From Octopus bimaculoides (Eukaryota), in the NCBI RefSeq assembly GCF_001194135.2, contig NC_068988.1:68540191-68580391 (forward strand): a stretch of DNA of 40,201 bases, given 5' to 3'. The position numbers and the translations under genes are program-made. The notes beneath the pieces are model-generated. The model did no database searches, was not told the DNA's origin, and saw only the letters and a list, made by a program, of their open reading frames with translations. Below, piece by piece: positions 37,181-40,201 of the stretch (position 1 is the first letter of the stretch; each line of letters opens with the position of its first letter).

Positions 37181-37894
37181 CTAGGCATCAATCTGTCTGT
37201 CTCTGTTTCCCTCTCTTAGCTGTTTCTGGATCTTTAATTAATTGTATAACGATGAAATATGATGAAAATATTAAGTGACAGAGCGAATATACATTAGATA
37301 CGATTACAACAAAGACAGCCAATATTCACCCAACATATGTAATCACAAATCTAACCAACAACTTTTTATATGATGTCCGTTGAGTAGGAAAGAAATAAAT
37401 GATCAGTCAATCCGTGTTATAATTCTAAATTAGCTGCACCGTTGCTGCCACTAAAGTAGTTATTGAAGCCAGACATTGTCGTACGTATATACTGTACATA
37501 TATACAATATAAAACATTATTGCTACACACTAATATATTTTAATATAACTAATTTACTGAAATATGATGCTGATCTTACAGCTCAAAGCTATCTGTAATT
37601 AGAAGATATATGTAATTGCTTCTTAGTGTTAAAATAAGCCCCAGTAGATACTACAAAAAAGAAAAAGATAATCAAATAACGTAGCTTCGAAGTCATCGCT
37701 TGATCATCAGAAAATGGCTGTTTAATATCCGTCAAATCATTCACTTCTTTCTCATGATGCGATATACACAACTGGAAAAACTTCGATCGCAGCTTTTCTG
37801 AAGGAAAGTTCATCACACCCGGAGCAAAAGGGCAAAAACTAGAATACCTTTCATCGAAATGTATAGGGTATTAATACTTCCAACGGCTAGATGC

Positions 37895-37936
37895 ATGTGC
37901 GTGTATGTATGTGTGTGCGTGTGTGTGTGTGTGTGT

Positions 37937-38010
<74 letters not shown>
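37895..38010 (+). repeat. (TG)n microsatellite
   Basis: Seen directly. Confidence 0.95.
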
Positions 38011-38011
<1 letters not shown>

Positions 38012-39014
38012 TGCGTGCATACCTGGTTGTTTTCGTATATGTGTGCCTATACATATACAGGAGTTGGAAAGACACTTTTTATCTGACTGTTTTTTACTAT
38101 CGTCAAAGTGATAAATTCCAAGCTGTTCTAGTACGTGTATACATGTATGTGTGAGTGTGTGCTCGTGCGTGAAGACGTTAAGTAATCCTTATTCTCCATG
38201 ATACAACCCTCTGTTCCTTTCTTTTTTTTCTTTACAAAATACCGGACAAATCTCTGGAGAGCTGATTGCAAGAGCTTTGTTTAATAGTTTAGAATGAAAA
38301 TTTCTAAAATCATGTTAGCATTCCAGAACTAAAGCAAGAACAGCTCACGTAAGCCTTATTCTGGACGGAAAGCAAATATCGCAAAGACTGACAATAGAAA
38401 CATGAAATGAATTGTGTCTAAAACCATCGACGTATGGTAACAAAATTGAAAGAACAAAACCACTGTCTTGCTAGCGGCACATCACACAGAACCTCCGTCG
38501 AGAGCTCGATACATCTGAAAACTATAACAGAGCTGCGATACCCTAATCCCTTTTGTCCCTCATCGACATTGATAGGCGGAACAAAATGGTGTCTAAATCA
38601 CCAGCAGATATCAGTAGCTCAATTGAACAATATCATGTCCTCTGTTGAATTATTCACCCATTTTCTCACTTTGCAGACAGTATTGCTTAAAGACGTCATG
38701 AGGAAGCCTTCAGCCCCAGCTGCTTGGTGCCTGCCATGAATCATTGAGGTAGTTTTTAAGATTATTCGATCACCCATATCACAGAATTCCCTTGGCTCTG
38801 TTAACTGTTCTACATGGCAGAGATAATGCCATGTAGAACAGATGAAAGATAACAGAGTATTTTGGCTGAACTTGCTCGTCCTATGGTACTAATATTGTTC
38901 CCTGGACGAGAACATTGTTCCAGATCGAAAACATGCAATTCACATGGTATATATAATTCAAAATTAGCATAACTTGTGTAAAGCTAACGTGTTTTCATAT
39001 TACAAAGTTATTTA

Positions 39015-39170
39015 ACGTGGTGAGGTGGTAGAATCGTTAGCACACTGGGTAAATGCTTAGCAGCATTCTCTCATTCATTTAATTTGTGAGTTCAAATTCA
39101 GCCGAGATCAAGTGTGCTTTTCATCATTTCGGGATCGATAAAATAATTACCAATTGAGCACGAGTGCTGA
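39015..39170 (+). mobile_element. SINE family A copy, 3'-truncated
   Basis: gtggtagaatcgttagcacactgggtaaatgcttagc...gagttcaaattcagccgag...ctttcatcatttcgggatcgataaaata. Confidence 0.75.
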
Positions 39171-39246
39171 ATTACTCAGAACCGTATGTAATTAAAGAAT
39201 AAAAAGGGAAAATATGTAATGCCGTAACTTTCACTATATATATATG

Positions 39247-39279
<33 letters not shown>

Positions 39280-40201
39280 AACCATATATATACATACAGG
39301 TATGCTTACATATATACGTACATATACGCATTACGCTTTTATCCGCTAAATGTCAATATATTTTTAATAGAATCAGGTAAATATTAGATTAGATAACGAA
39401 TAAATATTGAATTTTAATATTCATGACAAATAAAACTTAAACGGAGTTAATATGTTAAATACACTTATTAGATTAATGTACCGTTTTCGGATTTAATACA
39501 TTTCTGTGTGATATTTTCTGTGTTCGTATATGTCCATTGATTTAAAAAAGCAAACACCTCTTTGGTCCTTGTATACCTATTTTGGTATCTTTCTTGTTTT
39601 CTCCCTGAAGTTTCAAAATATCTGCAAACGGGTTACGCTCACTGTTCTCCCTACTTTGTCAAGGTTCTATGTGTCTCAAGACAAATCTTGTCTGCTTCAT
39701 GGGAATGATTATGAAGGAGACGATGATAGCGTTGATTATGATAATGATAACGACAATGATGATAATGATGCCGACGATGATGACGAGTATACAACACTTC
39801 AATATTTCTGTTATAATATACGAAGCATGTTTCAACTCATTTAGCCAGCTGTAATTACCTTGCATCTTACTTAATACTGGATGCATCATCTAATTACTTC
39901 ACGTCTTTCTTTGATTATTAATAGGTTTCAAATCCTCTCATTTTCTTCGCATTTTTCTACTTTTAACAAACTCGAACGTGGGATCTAATGTTAATATTTG
40001 ATGAGCTGACAAATATATAAAACTAGGAATGAAATTGTTTCTTATATATTGGAAGAAAAAAGCAAAATATGTTGTATTGAAATTTGCTATTGTAAATTTA
40101 ATTTATTCTTCAATTAGGCTACAATTTATTCTTTAATTGGGAAATCAATTCGGAATTAAGAATAATAATAATAATTAAAAAAGAAAATTAAAAAAAAAGA
40201 A

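Noticed and set aside
38434-38739. 101-aa ORF in unique sequence
   Set aside because: No recognisable domain, and the downstream part after the internal acceptor is short and stop-limited.

Overview
AT-rich, microsatellite-saturated animal genomic DNA with 11 N-gaps, most of them opening at (TA)n tracts. The SINE families and repeat content point to an octopus or other coleoid cephalopod (inference, not checked against a database). No host protein-coding gene, tRNA, rRNA or CRISPR array could be identified, and almost all listed ORFs are translations of simple repeats. The window is mostly decayed transposable elements: five R4/Dong-like LINE fragments (four abutting (TAA)n tracts), a HERO-like LINE end, an L1/Tx1-like end, an RTE end, a near full-length DD34E Tc1 transposon with terminal inverted repeats, and at least four tRNA-derived SINE families. 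The most notable unexplained structure is at about 5316-5845: two head-to-head copies of a ~190-bp element around a (TTA)n spacer. Each copy carries a minimal type I hammerhead-ribozyme motif of the Penelope-like kind with a different core mutation, so their consensus restores an intact core. A few possible orphan exons, a 15-bp perfect hairpin and a GC-rich G-quadruplex island are flagged at low confidence.
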